A stretch of DNA of 63,764 nt, the filler included, from Conidiobolus incongruus B7586 (lineage: Eukaryota): NCBI GenBank assembly GCA_000697335.1. It is 25 parts of 25 records of this genome, joined end to end, with 100 filler letters (N's around TTAATTAATTAA, not from the genome) between each part and the next. Parts side by side here need not be neighbours in the genome. Positions count along the whole stretch, not along the records: positions 1 to 11,021 come from JNEM01005917.1; 24 more parts are not named here. The stretch is one strand, 5' to 3'. Under the pieces are notes generated by a model. That model did not search any database. It was not told the origin of the DNA and saw only the letters and a list, made by a program, of their open reading frames with translations. The position numbers and the translations under genes were made by a program. This document shows, piece by piece, positions 1-11,121 of the stretch (positions within the stretch are counted from its first letter, which is position 1; each line of letters begins with the position of its first letter).

Positions 1-260
1 TTAATTTAAAAAGATAGTTTATTTAATATTTTATAAATATAAGGAAGTTAAAAAACAAAAGATAAATATATTAAGTTATTGTTTTTTTATTTAATCAAAA
101 ATTATAAATTTATAACTAAATATTATTAAATTACTAACTTAAATATTTAAACTATATATAAATATTATTTTAGTTAAATATATATTTTTTAAATAATATT
201 TTAATTTAAAATGATTTAATATAAAATTAAGTAATTATTAATAAATATATAAATATTTTA
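1..260 (+). mobile_element. Tc1-family relic: transposase 3' end and right end
   Basis: aaggaagttaaaaaacaaaagataaatatattaag matches the KEVKKAKGGYTK tail of the copy at about 56465. Confidence 0.6.
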
Positions 261-1695
261 ATGTTATTATTTGTATTTATATAATATTATTGATAAAAGA
301 CTATATTATATTATATAAAATCTAAAATAAAGGAATAAATTTAAAATTGCTAAATTTATCAAATAAACAAATATTAAAAAATCAATGCCATTTTATTTTG
401 ATAATAAATATATAAACTTTTATAATTAAATTATATTTTATTAATAATTAATATAATATCTTTCTTAATAATTAGTTTTTAAATAAAGCAAATATTTTTA
501 TTAAATCAAAGGTAAAATATTTAATAATATAAAAATAGGAAAAAAGCTTTATAAATTAATATTCAGGCTTTTAAATTATTATATAATAATATACAATTAT
601 TATATTAATATAAGTAAAATACAATAATAATAATAATAATCTTAAAATATTAAATAAATTTATAAATAAGTTAGACTCTTCATTTGTAACATTTTATTAA
701 AAAATAAAGTCAATTATAAATTACTTTAATTTCAATAAAAACTATATTTTCCCTTATTTATTTTCTAAATCATTTTATTATAAATTCATAATTTATTTAA
801 AATCTTTATTATTGCTAAAATAGGAATAAGATATAAATTACTAACTATTATAGTGGTTATTATATAATTAACTCATTTAGAGAATATTATTCATGGCTCC
901 TTAAACCTAAGTTTAATTCTTATTTTTTGGGTCTTGATATTACAATGGAATATATATAAATTCTCTAGTGACTATAAAAATTCATATATTTGTAAATAAA
1001 TATTCATTATATACAAGCATCAAAGCTTATATAATATTACATTCATTGAAGTTAAAGTAATCATATCAACTCTACATTTATAATTTATTTCCAACAAAAA
1101 TTGAAATACAGTTTTAAAAATAATTTTACCAAAGATAATATGACCAGAAGTATTTTAAAACATTTGTCAATAGGAATTGTGAAATTTGAAAAAAAATCAA
1201 CATTGATAAAATCCTTAACTAAATAATTAATTATTTGAAAATACAATAAATATTAAATATATAAATCATTTCATTCACATCTTTCAACAACCAATTATAG
1301 TAACACATCTTGGGAAAGCCGTGTCCAGAGTAGTTTAGATAAAAGAGAGAGAGATCTGGGGAATTACAGGTTAGCATTAGGGAGATAGAGAGTTTATTAG
1401 TTTAAGCCAAATAGCTGGGAGGACCCAGATCAAACTTGTCTTGTTGAAGATAGCTCTGATTCCGGGTGTTAGAGTGAGTTGGGGTAAGGTGATTCATGAG
1501 ATTCTAGGGTGACTTGCAACATCGGCCAATTAAAAGATAGAGAGGAAGAAGCTTGTATCTGAAAGAGAAATAACTTTGACATTAGGTTAATGTAAAGATA
1601 CTCGGTAGAAGGGAGTCGCTGACTGGTGAAAAAATATTGAATAGAATAGGGATTGGAATGATTAAAATGAAATATTAAATGGATTGATGTGTGAA

Positions 1696-1767
1696 AGCTC
1701 TGTTTGAGAAACTAGTTCAGATCGCAGGATTCAAAGTCTGGAGTGCTAACCTTTACACCAGCGTAAG
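1696..1767 (-). pseudogene. Degenerate tRNA-Gln(TTG)-like sequence (tRNA pseudogene or SINE head)
   Basis: Minus strand reads CTTACGC TG GTGTAAAGGTTAGCAC T CCAGA CTTTGAA TCCTG CGAT CTGAA CTAGTTT CTCAA ACAGAGC. The D-arm/A-box and anticodon loop match eukaryotic tRNA-Gln, but the acceptor stem does not pair and the T-loop/B-box is lost. Confidence 0.7.
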
Positions 1768-1958
1768 TCAATTTATATCTTATGAAACCAATTCAATAAA
1801 TAACCAAATTAATTCTCAATTATTTTATTTTCTTGATTATTAATGATATTTTTCAACTTATACCAATTTGAAATACAAGCATAAAATTAAATATAAATTT
1901 ATTTTAATATCAAACATATTTCAATGAACAAAATATAATAATTATTAATTTAAATAAC

Positions 1959-2507
1959 TCATCTTAGTAATGGACGATTTTCCTGACCCTCAGTAGTATC
2001 TTGAACAGGATTCAAAGTCATCATGACATAAGTGGTATATGTAGCAAATAGAGACCATACCAAATAAGCGATAAAAATATACCCAGCGATGTGGTTCACT
2101 TTATAAAAGTTAATGGTGGTGAAGACTAAAACAATATCCAGGATAATAATTTCGGCGAGGGCAAAGTCAATACGTTTTAGGACAAAGAATATGGGACTCC
2201 ACAGGAAGTTGAGAATAAGCTGACTGTAGTAGAGGACTAGACCGTGCTGAGCAAGTTGTCCAATATGGACATCCTTAGATCGAAATGCTTCCTGAGTCAC
2301 TAGCCAGGCAGCATAGCCCATAGTGGGATAGAGAATACCCCAAACCACAGGGAATACCCAACGAGGTGGAGTTAAAGGACCTTTGCGTAACTCGCTGTAC
2401 CAAGTGTCCACACTGAGTCGGGTCGTAAAACCACTTGCAAATCCTAACAGGACAGGGATAAGAATACTCGCCCACAAGGGAAGATCAAAAATATGATATA
2501 AACTCAT
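1959..2507 (-). CDS. TSPO: TspO/MBR (translocator protein) family membrane protein, intronless, 182 aa
   Basis: ORF has TspO hallmarks: WY..L.K..LTPP.WVFP.VW..LY..MGYAAW, QL.LN.LWSPIFF, AG.....YL.W..FAT, and five hydrophobic helices. Confidence 0.95.
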   Translation of the reverse strand: MSLYHIFDLPLWASILIPVLLGFASGFTTRLSVDTWYSELRKGPLTPPRWVFPVVWGILYPTMGYAAWLVTQEAFRSKDVHIGQLAQHGLVLYYSQLILNFLWSPIFFVLKRIDFALAEIIILDIVLVFTTINFYKVNHIAGYIFIAYLVWSLFATYTTYVMMTLNPVQDTTEGQENRPLLR

Positions 2508-3455
2508 TGTAAAAATAATTTCATAATATATTTAAAATAACTATCAAATGTTATTAATGATAGAGCTTAATTTTAAATTTTTGAAATTGAATAGCTTTTA
2601 AACACTTACTGATGTCATTTATAGTCATTTCTAAAACCTTAAAATCTTGGATTTTGTTAACTTAAATTTCTGATTTGCTGAGAATGAATGTCAGCCAATT
2701 TGTATAAAATCATTTTGGGTATTTTCTTTAATTTAGTCAAATATTTTATCACATCGAAATGTTATCATCTAGATATATGTCAATATAAATAAAAATAAAA
2801 AGATGCTAAAATAAATGTCTAAGGAATTCAAGATCATTAATTCCGTAAAAACGGTCTAATCATATGAAATATTTTGTTCCAAAAGTTTCAAAAATACTAT
2901 ACATTTAAAAAGATTTTTTGAATATAAGTAATTAGTAAAAATAAGTCAAATCTATTTTATATTGATTCAATATATATGAAGAAAATGACATCGCGTAGTA
3001 CTACTAAGCTTGCAGTAGTTTTCAAGTATAAACATCAACGAACTATAGGTAAATAACTTAATTTTTTTCATTTATATTTTAGACTGCTCGAAATTTAGTA
3101 CATAAACCAGATAATATCATATTTTTTAAATATGATATTATTATTGTTATTATTAATATTAGTAGTAGTAATTAGAGCATCAACAATGTATTTTTATCAA
3201 TTATATATAAAAATTAAAAAAATTGTATATGAAATATATAATTAATAAACCTTTCCAAAATATTGTGAATATTATAAATTTATTAAATTAAATCTAAAAA
3301 ATATTAATTCTCGTTAACATTGGTTCAATATCTATGTTAAAAAGTATTGCCTCAATTAATTAAAGGTTAAAATTTGTATTTATTCATATAGTAGAGATAT
3401 ATTGGATAGAATATATTCAAATTTAAAGATAAAGAAATAAATTATAATATTGACT

Positions 3456-4044
3456 TTAAGCTAGTAGTGGAGCGTATACATTCGCTTCAGAATCGTTTAA
3501 GTTATACTCAACCAAACTTAATGCTATGAAGGTAGAATAATAGGTCCAAATAAAATAAGGAATGCTAAATATACCAGCAATCCAATTGGTACAGGATGAT
3601 GAAATTAGCAAAAGAGTCATTAGTATACTCAATCCTAAATAAGTACTATTGTTAATAAAATCCCTCTATACTGCTCTAATTGACATTACCTATATTCCAT
3701 TTCAGCGAAGATTTCAACCTATTCAAAATAAAGAAACTATAAAACCAACATACATTCAACACCAATACCAAACCGTAACAAATGCATGCCACCAAAGACA
3801 AAATCTGCAATGAAGTATAAGGTTCCGAAATATAAGATTCTTGAACCAAATAGTAGCTAAACCCCAGTGAAGGAAACACAACTAGCCAAATTATTATAAT
3901 AATGACTTCGGGAGGATGGTAGTTGGATTTGGTTAAATTGCGATACCATGAGGGATCTCCTCGTTTCTCCTTAATTATGCTACCTAGCAATATTGGAATG
4001 AGAGGTAGTATGACACTCTCCCAAAGGTTTAATCCATAACTCAT
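3456..4044 (-). CDS. Second, divergent TspO/MBR paralogue; join complement(3456..3634,3690..4044), 177 aa
   Basis: Exon 1 has WYRNLTKSNYHPP...W....PSLGFS and LVLNVCW..SFF. A 55-nt GTAATG...TTTAG intron (3635-3689) restores frame into GLSILMTLLLISSSCTNWIAGIFSIPYFIWTYYSTFIALSL...APLLA*, which is TspO TM4/TM5 (AG...PY..W..(F/Y)). Confidence 0.88.
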
Positions 4045-5825
4045 AATCGATATTAATTTATATTTGTTTACCCTTAATTTAATAATTAATATTCAGATAT
4101 AAAGTCCCGACATAAAATAAAGATTCAATCTAATAAGAATTTGGTTTAATCAATTTATGGGAATTTGTGATTCTGTTTGTAACTGTGACGATTTTATTTT
4201 GAGTTTGGGTTCAAATTTGTAATCTCTCAAAATTATTTCGTCATTAAATAATAATATCATTTCTTGTCAAAGATCTAGGGGGATTCATGTGATGCGTAAT
4301 AATAATCAAAGTTGATATTATACTTGTTGACCTGTTTTTGTAGATCTTTTATTATGTTCAGTACAAATTAAGTTTTAATACCTAGTTTAAGGCTGAAGGA
4401 AGATAGTTTTCAAATTGAAAATTCATAAGCTCTTAGGATTCGGTAAAACTCTAAGAAATTAAAAATGATTATAATAGACATTGAATCTAACTTAGTATTT
4501 GAATTTGGTATCAAATGCTAATAGCAACAAAATTTTAAGAAACATTAGTACATGGACTGAAAATTTATTAGACATTTTGAGAATTTATTCAATAATGTAT
4601 AATCCAAATTTCAATAAATATTTTAAAAATTTTCTTTCCAACATTTATTAGCTAATTCTATTATATAATCGAGAAATCAATAAATTTTCCTAATATTAAA
4701 CAATTGCTATTAAAATGATAATAGTTTAAATATTTTAATAAGGCGATATTCCCTTTGATATTAAATTGATTTTCAGTTTAATATACATATTATTTTCATG
4801 ATATGTAATTGATAAAAAAAATACCAAAATGATTATCAGATCTATTTATATCATTAAATATGGATTAAACATTGTTGCTTTATAATTATTGTTATAACCA
4901 TAATTTCAATTTGGTGGACTAATGATAATAATCAATGATTTTAAACATATTTTTGTTAGTAAAATATAACTCCAATCACATTAAAATTCTCAAAACATTT
5001 ATGATTCCATTTTAAGGAGGTAAATAATTACATGTTACTCAATCATCCAATTGTATCCAATTTCCAAGTTTGATGGAATAAGAACAAATGTGATTGAATT
5101 ATGTATTGTTCTTAAATTAATCTATTTAAATAGTATATATTGTTTAAATTATTCTGTAAAACATTTGTTCATGGTTTGAATAGTGATGAGCTTATAATGT
5201 TTAAATTAATCGTTCTTATATTTTTTACTCCAAAGAACATCAATTACCAACGCTGCCCTATAGCATACTTCAGCTCTTCAATCACCAATTTTAAGTAATT
5301 ATGTTACTCTGACCACATAAAACAGTATTTACCTTGGAACCTCTATCAGCACTCAAATTTTCGATTTTAATTTTTGAAACCAATATTAAGACTCTAGTTT
5401 TAAAACTTTATTTTAGAAATGTAAATATATGAAACTAAATTGGATTATTTATTTAGCAAGTGCTGCTTTGTTTTGCGATAAACATTTCTAAGTTTTATAA
5501 ATTTGATACTTTTATTAATTCTATATTTTAAGATTCATAATAACCATCTCTATTTTGAAAGCTGAAAATTAAGGCAATATACTGTATTTGTATAATATCA
5601 AATGAAATCAATAAACAATATACACAAAATTCAATGAATTTAGTACAATTACCAAAACTGATTACATTTATATTATTATATTAGAAAATTTTAGAATTTA
5701 GATAATAATATATTTTGTAAAATGAATTTTATATTTAGTATATTATTTGTGAGTGAAGTTACATCCATTAAGGAATATGAAAAACATATTAAATTTCAAA
5801 TCAGTAAAAATTATATAATATTAAG

Positions 5826-7340
5826 TTATTTGGCCAAACGTGTGGTTACAGCCCAGGAAGCTCCCATAACAATTTTTCTTTCCCACCAACTTGCAATACT
5901 CATTCGACTGTCAAAAGCCTTCCAAACTTGGATAGCAACTGAGGCAGAAGCCATGTACTTATGCAATTTTACCAGATTTTCGGATTCAGAGGATTGCTCT
6001 CGACGCTTTATAATTTCCGCAGCAGCAGGTATATGTATTATATCTTCATCGTATACTGGACATCCTCGCCATAGTATGCACCAAACCAGTACGCAAAAAG
6101 GTCCTACAAAACCACATCCATGATGCTTTTTATTTCTTATATCAAGCCATTTAGCTGCAAGGAAATCTGATGCACCTTTAATTCCCTTAGATGCAATTAA
6201 AGAAATGATATAAGTTTGATGTTGTTCTTCTACATCATAAAGTGCTTCCACTAAATCATGTATCCCTTGGGCGAATATAGTGAGCCATGAGTCAACTTCG
6301 TCAGATCCATTTTTATCCACTGTACTGCGATGACTTGCCAAAATTGTTAACAGCTCAGCTGATTTTAAATCCAAAATAGCATCTTTACTTAACAAACGAA
6401 TATCAATTTCCTCTTCATATTTTATTGCTTGATAACTAAGACAATCCGTGCCACTTAATTCATTCTCATTCACATCATATATATCATATTGATTTTTATA
6501 TTTGAATGGTTCAAGCAAAAATAGAGGATTGTACGAAGCACCAGCACAAATACTGTATCGACTTGGTTTAGCGGTAAACATTGTAGATATCATCATTGCT
6601 CCTACCAATTTTTGCATTGTCAACGGATTAGCTAACAGACTTTGGTCATAGACTGCAACCCCAAGAAGGACATCTTCGATATCTGACATTTTGGCAATTT
6701 GAAGTTTATTATTCAAATTGGTCAAGACATTTTTAATCCCGTTGATAAGATTCTTTGCATCCACTTCGTCATTTCCTAAGCGACATACATTAGGATTGCC
6801 GCATCTACAGATTGCATGTTCCTCCTCGAATAAACGATCGTTCCCCAATATTTTGAGGATTTGTTGAATTTTTGGATGGATCTCAGCGCATCTGGAACAG
6901 TGTGTAATTTTAAGACCATCTAGTAGATTAGTGTTAGACGACCATGTTGTCTCGATCATACGATTATTATAAACTTCTACTCTCTTTTTATTGACCTTAT
7001 CTTTAATTTTTTGTCGACAATTATCTTTACATTTCATTTTGCCATTCCCATCACTAATTAATAGAGCAAAACATCTGAAACATTTTCTAAGTGGCTGAGC
7101 ATTTTCCAAGGTGGTACTGACCTCATATAATTCATTTTGTGAATTATTCCGAGTGACTTGCGCTAATTTTTGATTCAGACAAAATCCACATAAATCTTCA
7201 CCAGTGCAACTATTGACATATATACATTTAGAAATAACCGATTGACTCAGGCAATTATAAACTACAGGAGATTTTTTATCTTTACGAAGGCTCAGATCAC
7301 TCAATGTATCCAATCCAGCTTGGTACTCTCTTTTAAGCAT
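5826..7340 (-). CDS. Hypothetical protein, 504 aa, Cys/His-rich N-terminal half; family not recognised
   Basis: Uninterrupted 1.5-kb ORF in a GC-elevated island with CxxC-type clusters (CGFC, CFRC, CKDNC, HCSRC, CRC). A branch-point/acceptor (CTGAC...TTTAG) lies 2 nt before the ATG, so a 5' intron or upstream exon is possible. Confidence 0.85.
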   Translation of the reverse strand: MLKREYQAGLDTLSDLSLRKDKKSPVVYNCLSQSVISKCIYVNSCTGEDLCGFCLNQKLAQVTRNNSQNELYEVSTTLENAQPLRKCFRCFALLISDGNGKMKCKDNCRQKIKDKVNKKRVEVYNNRMIETTWSSNTNLLDGLKITHCSRCAEIHPKIQQILKILGNDRLFEEEHAICRCGNPNVCRLGNDEVDAKNLINGIKNVLTNLNNKLQIAKMSDIEDVLLGVAVYDQSLLANPLTMQKLVGAMMISTMFTAKPSRYSICAGASYNPLFLLEPFKYKNQYDIYDVNENELSGTDCLSYQAIKYEEEIDIRLLSKDAILDLKSAELLTILASHRSTVDKNGSDEVDSWLTIFAQGIHDLVEALYDVEEQHQTYIISLIASKGIKGASDFLAAKWLDIRNKKHHGCGFVGPFCVLVWCILWRGCPVYDEDIIHIPAAAEIIKRREQSSESENLVKLHKYMASASVAIQVWKAFDSRMSIASWWERKIVMGASWAVTTRLAK

Positions 7341-8640
7341 ATCTAAATAAATGAGTCAGTTATCTTACACATAATAATATTATATAATGATTTTCATTGA
7401 TATTACCTATATAATTATTAAATGATAATGATTAATGACAATAAAAAAATCGACTGATTGTGGAAATATAATAATTGATTAATACTTGAAATTTTAAATA
7501 TTCAGGAAACATAAATTAAAATATAATCTACAATGTCATATTTATACCATATGATATCAGGTATTATAATTTTATATTAACTTATGGTTTTTGAAATTAG
7601 CGAACAAAATTGAAATGATATATTAATATTGGAAATATTTCTAATATTTTGAAATATTAAAAGAGAATTTGATCGAAATATTCCAAATCCAAAATATTAT
7701 GCTGAAAATACAAGTATTAATCCACCAAAATACTAAGTCTTTCCAATTTTGAACAATTATTTCAAATTGAATTTATAATTATGCGATATTTTAATTACTA
7801 CAATATTAACTTTTGGTTTGACTAAACAATATATTAGGAATGTGCAAAACTGCCAAAATACTTACAAAGTACAAATGTTAATTTATTATTAGCTGATATA
7901 TGATATTAATTTTAAATAAATAAATATTATTGCGTATGCACGGAGTAGATAGGAAATTATTAACAATCAAAAAGTTAAGAAATAGGATGAGAAATGGTTT
8001 TCCTAGACCAATTGTTTTCTTTTGATCTTATTATAAATAAGAAATTAATTTGTATAAACTAGAATCTAATCATAGTCGTAGTTCTACATGCTCGCGATGA
8101 TAGGTTATCTGAATATTACTTTGATAAAAAATCTTGGGAAAATCCAATTCATTTTATCAATATTATATTTTTACAATGAATCATCTATTTTTGTAAGTTA
8201 TTTTTCCAAAATCATCATTATAAATTATCATATCATGCTAATTATAGCCATGCCGCTCAAATTTAATACCCGTTACATCTCAAATATTAGCTGTCATTCA
8301 ATATACACACGAATCTCGCAATAATCAAGATAATATCCAGTGTTTCAAAAAGTAATTTCCCATACTAATATTAAATCCTATTTTGTATATAATAATTTTT
8401 TGAATGTTATTTAGTATTATATTGAATGATTATTTATGATGTAATTATTCACAATATTTATTATAAATACACATTATTACTTTTTATAGAAGGTTTAACT
8501 ACCAGTATCCCTGAAAATAACGGAATTTCTAATTTACCCGAGTTGAACAAAGCATTTATCATTAATATTATATCGCAGGACATTTAAAAGTAGACTTGCA
8601 ATAAAGATCATGGAGATTCGATTAAACGGGCCAAGGATGA

Positions 8641-8916
8641 TTAACGAGTTATTTTAAATGGTTTTATTAAAATATCAAGGTGTAGGGCTTGGCCCTGATC
8701 GAGATGATCTTCGAGCGAATAGATGCTCAATGACTAATTTATAGCATGGTTAGTCCTTTTCCAATTTGCTGAAACTCCAATTACTGTTATAGTCTGGAAT
8801 TTTTCATTGTGCAAAGATTGTACCTGGTATTTATTAGTGTATTACATTCGCAATCATGACGGACGGTTAACGTTGAATGGCCAGCGGATCTCCCGATCAG
8901 TGACAATATTATTCAT
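8641..8916 (-). CDS. Candidate 3-exon microprotein, 58 aa; join complement(8641..8733,8785..8823,8872..8916)
   Basis: Two phase-0 introns of 48 nt (GTTAAC..ACTAAT..CAG) and 51 nt (GTAATT..ACTAAC..TAG), matching the 47-55 nt introns of ITPA and TSPO. Each removes an in-frame stop. Product: MNNIVTDREIRWPFNVQSLHNEKFQTITSLSIYSLEDHLDQGQALHLDILIKPFKITR. Confidence 0.4.
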
Positions 8917-9448
8917 AATATTTTATATCAACTGTTCACAAAAATCTTTCATTAACAAGTAACTGTAAAAAGATTTCGAATTTAGAATTACAAACTAGTT
9001 TAATAAACTCCCAACTTGAGGAACTTATATAGAGCACTTATTTTGTTTGAATTAACTTTAGTTTATAATGATTCAATGAAATATTATTAATATTAAAATA
9101 TTTTGAATACCAAATGAATATTTTTGTAAATGAATTGACATAATTTTAAATTTTAATATCACCTTTATTTTACTTTATTAATAATGATATCTGTATTCTA
9201 TGCTTTAATTATTAAATGACTAATCTTATTATATTTTTAAACCTTAAATAATTTATAAATTATTTAGTATTATATATCATTTATTACAAAAAATAAAAAG
9301 ATATATTTGTTAAATATTAAATACTAAATTATAATTTTGAAAGTAAAATTCAAAAAAAATAACTGTTAAATTTAAACAATATATTTTGTAATAATTTATA
9401 ATAAAAAAATATGTTATACCTTTGTAAAAACGAATATGAATAATGTTG

Positions 9449-9725
9449 TAAAACTCCTTGGTTTACAGTTCCATAGGTGTTAGACTGGCTGAGATTTATA
9501 TTAGAATTTGTATCGTTGGAAGTCATTTTCATAAAAAAAAATAATTTAAAGATTGGATCAACAATAAAACTAAAAAAGAGTATGAATGAAATAAGAGAGA
9601 GCTGTTTTATTTCTACAAATCTTTATATTTTGTATCATAAAGACAGTAACTAAAAATGATTAGTTATCATTATCCAAGCATTATCTATTAATAGGAACAT
9701 GCCTAATTTTATGACTCATTTAAAC
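9449..9725 (-). repeat. Dispersed, diverged duplication (partner 37960-38230): 5' gene fragment plus upstream region
   Basis: Shared blocks aaaactcc...gtttacagttccata and aagcat(t/c)atctat..a..gaacatg...tatgactcat; peptides NTYGTVNQGVL and VTYGTVNDGVL. Confidence 0.75.
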
Positions 9726-10789
9726 AAATATGATTTCATATAATTAGGATAATTTTTTAATTTGGAGAATTTGAAAAAAAAAATCTGGCAATAATATTAT
9801 CTGTATATTATTTTAGATAATCTAATTTTATAATTATATATTTTATAAAACTTTAAATATGAATTAATTTATTATTTATATAATGTTAACTGTAAATGTA
9901 AAAGGAAGTAGACTTTTAAGTTTAAACAAGGAATCACCAGTGGTAAATGATAGATTACTATAAAGTTAAGGGAAATAAAGGGGGTTTATTAAATTAGGTG
10001 TAAATAGCTTATTATAAATCAGATTCTTTAAATAAAATAAATATCTTATACTTATTATGATTTAATATTTTTATGAGTATTACAAGAAAAACTTAGATAC
10101 TAAATACTTTTGAAAATAAAGATTATAAGATAAAAAAAGAGATGTTTATTAAACAGCTTATAATAATCTTATATTAGTTTCAATTGTTGAATTTAGGTGA
10201 CTATAAATAATTTTACATAATAAATGCTAAGTTAAGCTAGTTTAAAAAATAAGGTAATTCTAATAATACTTTTTATATTAATATCATAGTTAGAGTGTTT
10301 TTGAGTAATGGATATAATTATTCCTATCAATAATTATATAGTTTTTATTATTAAATTATTATTTTTGACTTTAAATTTTATCAACTTTAAATTATATATC
10401 AATCTTATAAATGATCTGATATATTTCAATTTAATTAATAAAATATATTAATTTCAAACCAATATTATTAATATAGATATAATAAACTTTATTTTATTAA
10501 TTATATAAATTAAATAATTTAATATCTAAAAAATTATTTTCTATTTATTTCTATTATTGATATTAATTTATATATTCTTATATTTTTCTTAATTTTATTT
10601 ATTAAATTTATTCAGAAAATTGATGTTTTCCTTATATATATATAAATTTATTTTTATTTTTCACCTATAATTTATATATCTTAGAATTATTATTAATCTT
10701 GAAAAATATAAATATCATATTATATATATAGTATATTTATTAGTTTAAAATTCTTTATATTTAAACTTTAAAAGAATTTATGAATTTAT

Positions 10790-11021
10790 AATATATAGTA
10801 TATTATTAATTAATAACTAAAACAATTGTATATATTAATTTACTTGAAATTATAATATATAATTAAGGTATATTATTTAATTATAAATAAATATATTTAG
10901 ATATATTTAATAAACTATTAGCAAAAATATTAACCTTAAATATTTAACTAAGGTGAGTTATAAATTTATAGGTTTTTGAGATAAAGGGATATATTTAACA
11001 ATATATAACCATATCTTTTTT
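10790..11021 (+). mobile_element. Tc1-family left-end fragment, truncated by gap
   Basis: Near-identical to 42000-42215, including the inner repeat ctaaggtgagttataaattt. Confidence 0.8.
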
Positions 11022-11121
11022 NNNNNNNNNNNNNNNNNNNNNNNNNNNNNNNNNNNNNNNNNNNNTTAATTAATTAANNNNNNNNNNNNNNNNNNNNNNN
11101 NNNNNNNNNNNNNNNNNNNNN
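11022..11121. other. Artificial contig spacer, 44N-TTAATTAATTAA-44N (24 occurrences; starts 11022, 12383, 13998, 21151, 22290, 23524, 31263, 32697, 33885, 35693, 39064, 40856, 42293, 43549, 45153, 46459, 48143, 53824, 55263, 56977, 58104, 59217, 61209, 62517)
   Basis: Invariant 100-nt block; the 12-mer gives stop codons in all six frames. Confidence 0.98.

Noticed and set aside
1582..1590. TAACCTAA on the minus strand as a possible telomerase RNA template in the 1295-1767 segment
   Set aside because: An 8-mer is expected by chance, no CTAACCCTAA is present, and the host telomere repeat is unknown.
1696..1767. Functional tRNA-Gln gene
   Set aside because: Acceptor stem unpaired, anticodon stem mismatched and no GTTCRA T-loop.
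2275..2475. 66-aa ORF inside TSPO
   Set aside because: Alternative frame of a real gene, with no independent support.
5722..6123. 133-aa plus-strand ORF
   Set aside because: Antisense shadow of the 504-aa ORF.
9890..10330. Possible further hypermutated TE coding fragment
   Set aside because: The texture resembles the TE relics, but I could read no diagnostic motif and found no second copy in the window.
11066..11077. Recurrent TTAATTAATTAA palindrome resembling a regularly spaced repeat or CRISPR-like array
   Set aside because: Always flanked by exactly 44 N on each side, so it is an assembly spacer with six-frame stops. Adjacency across these gaps is also not guaranteed.
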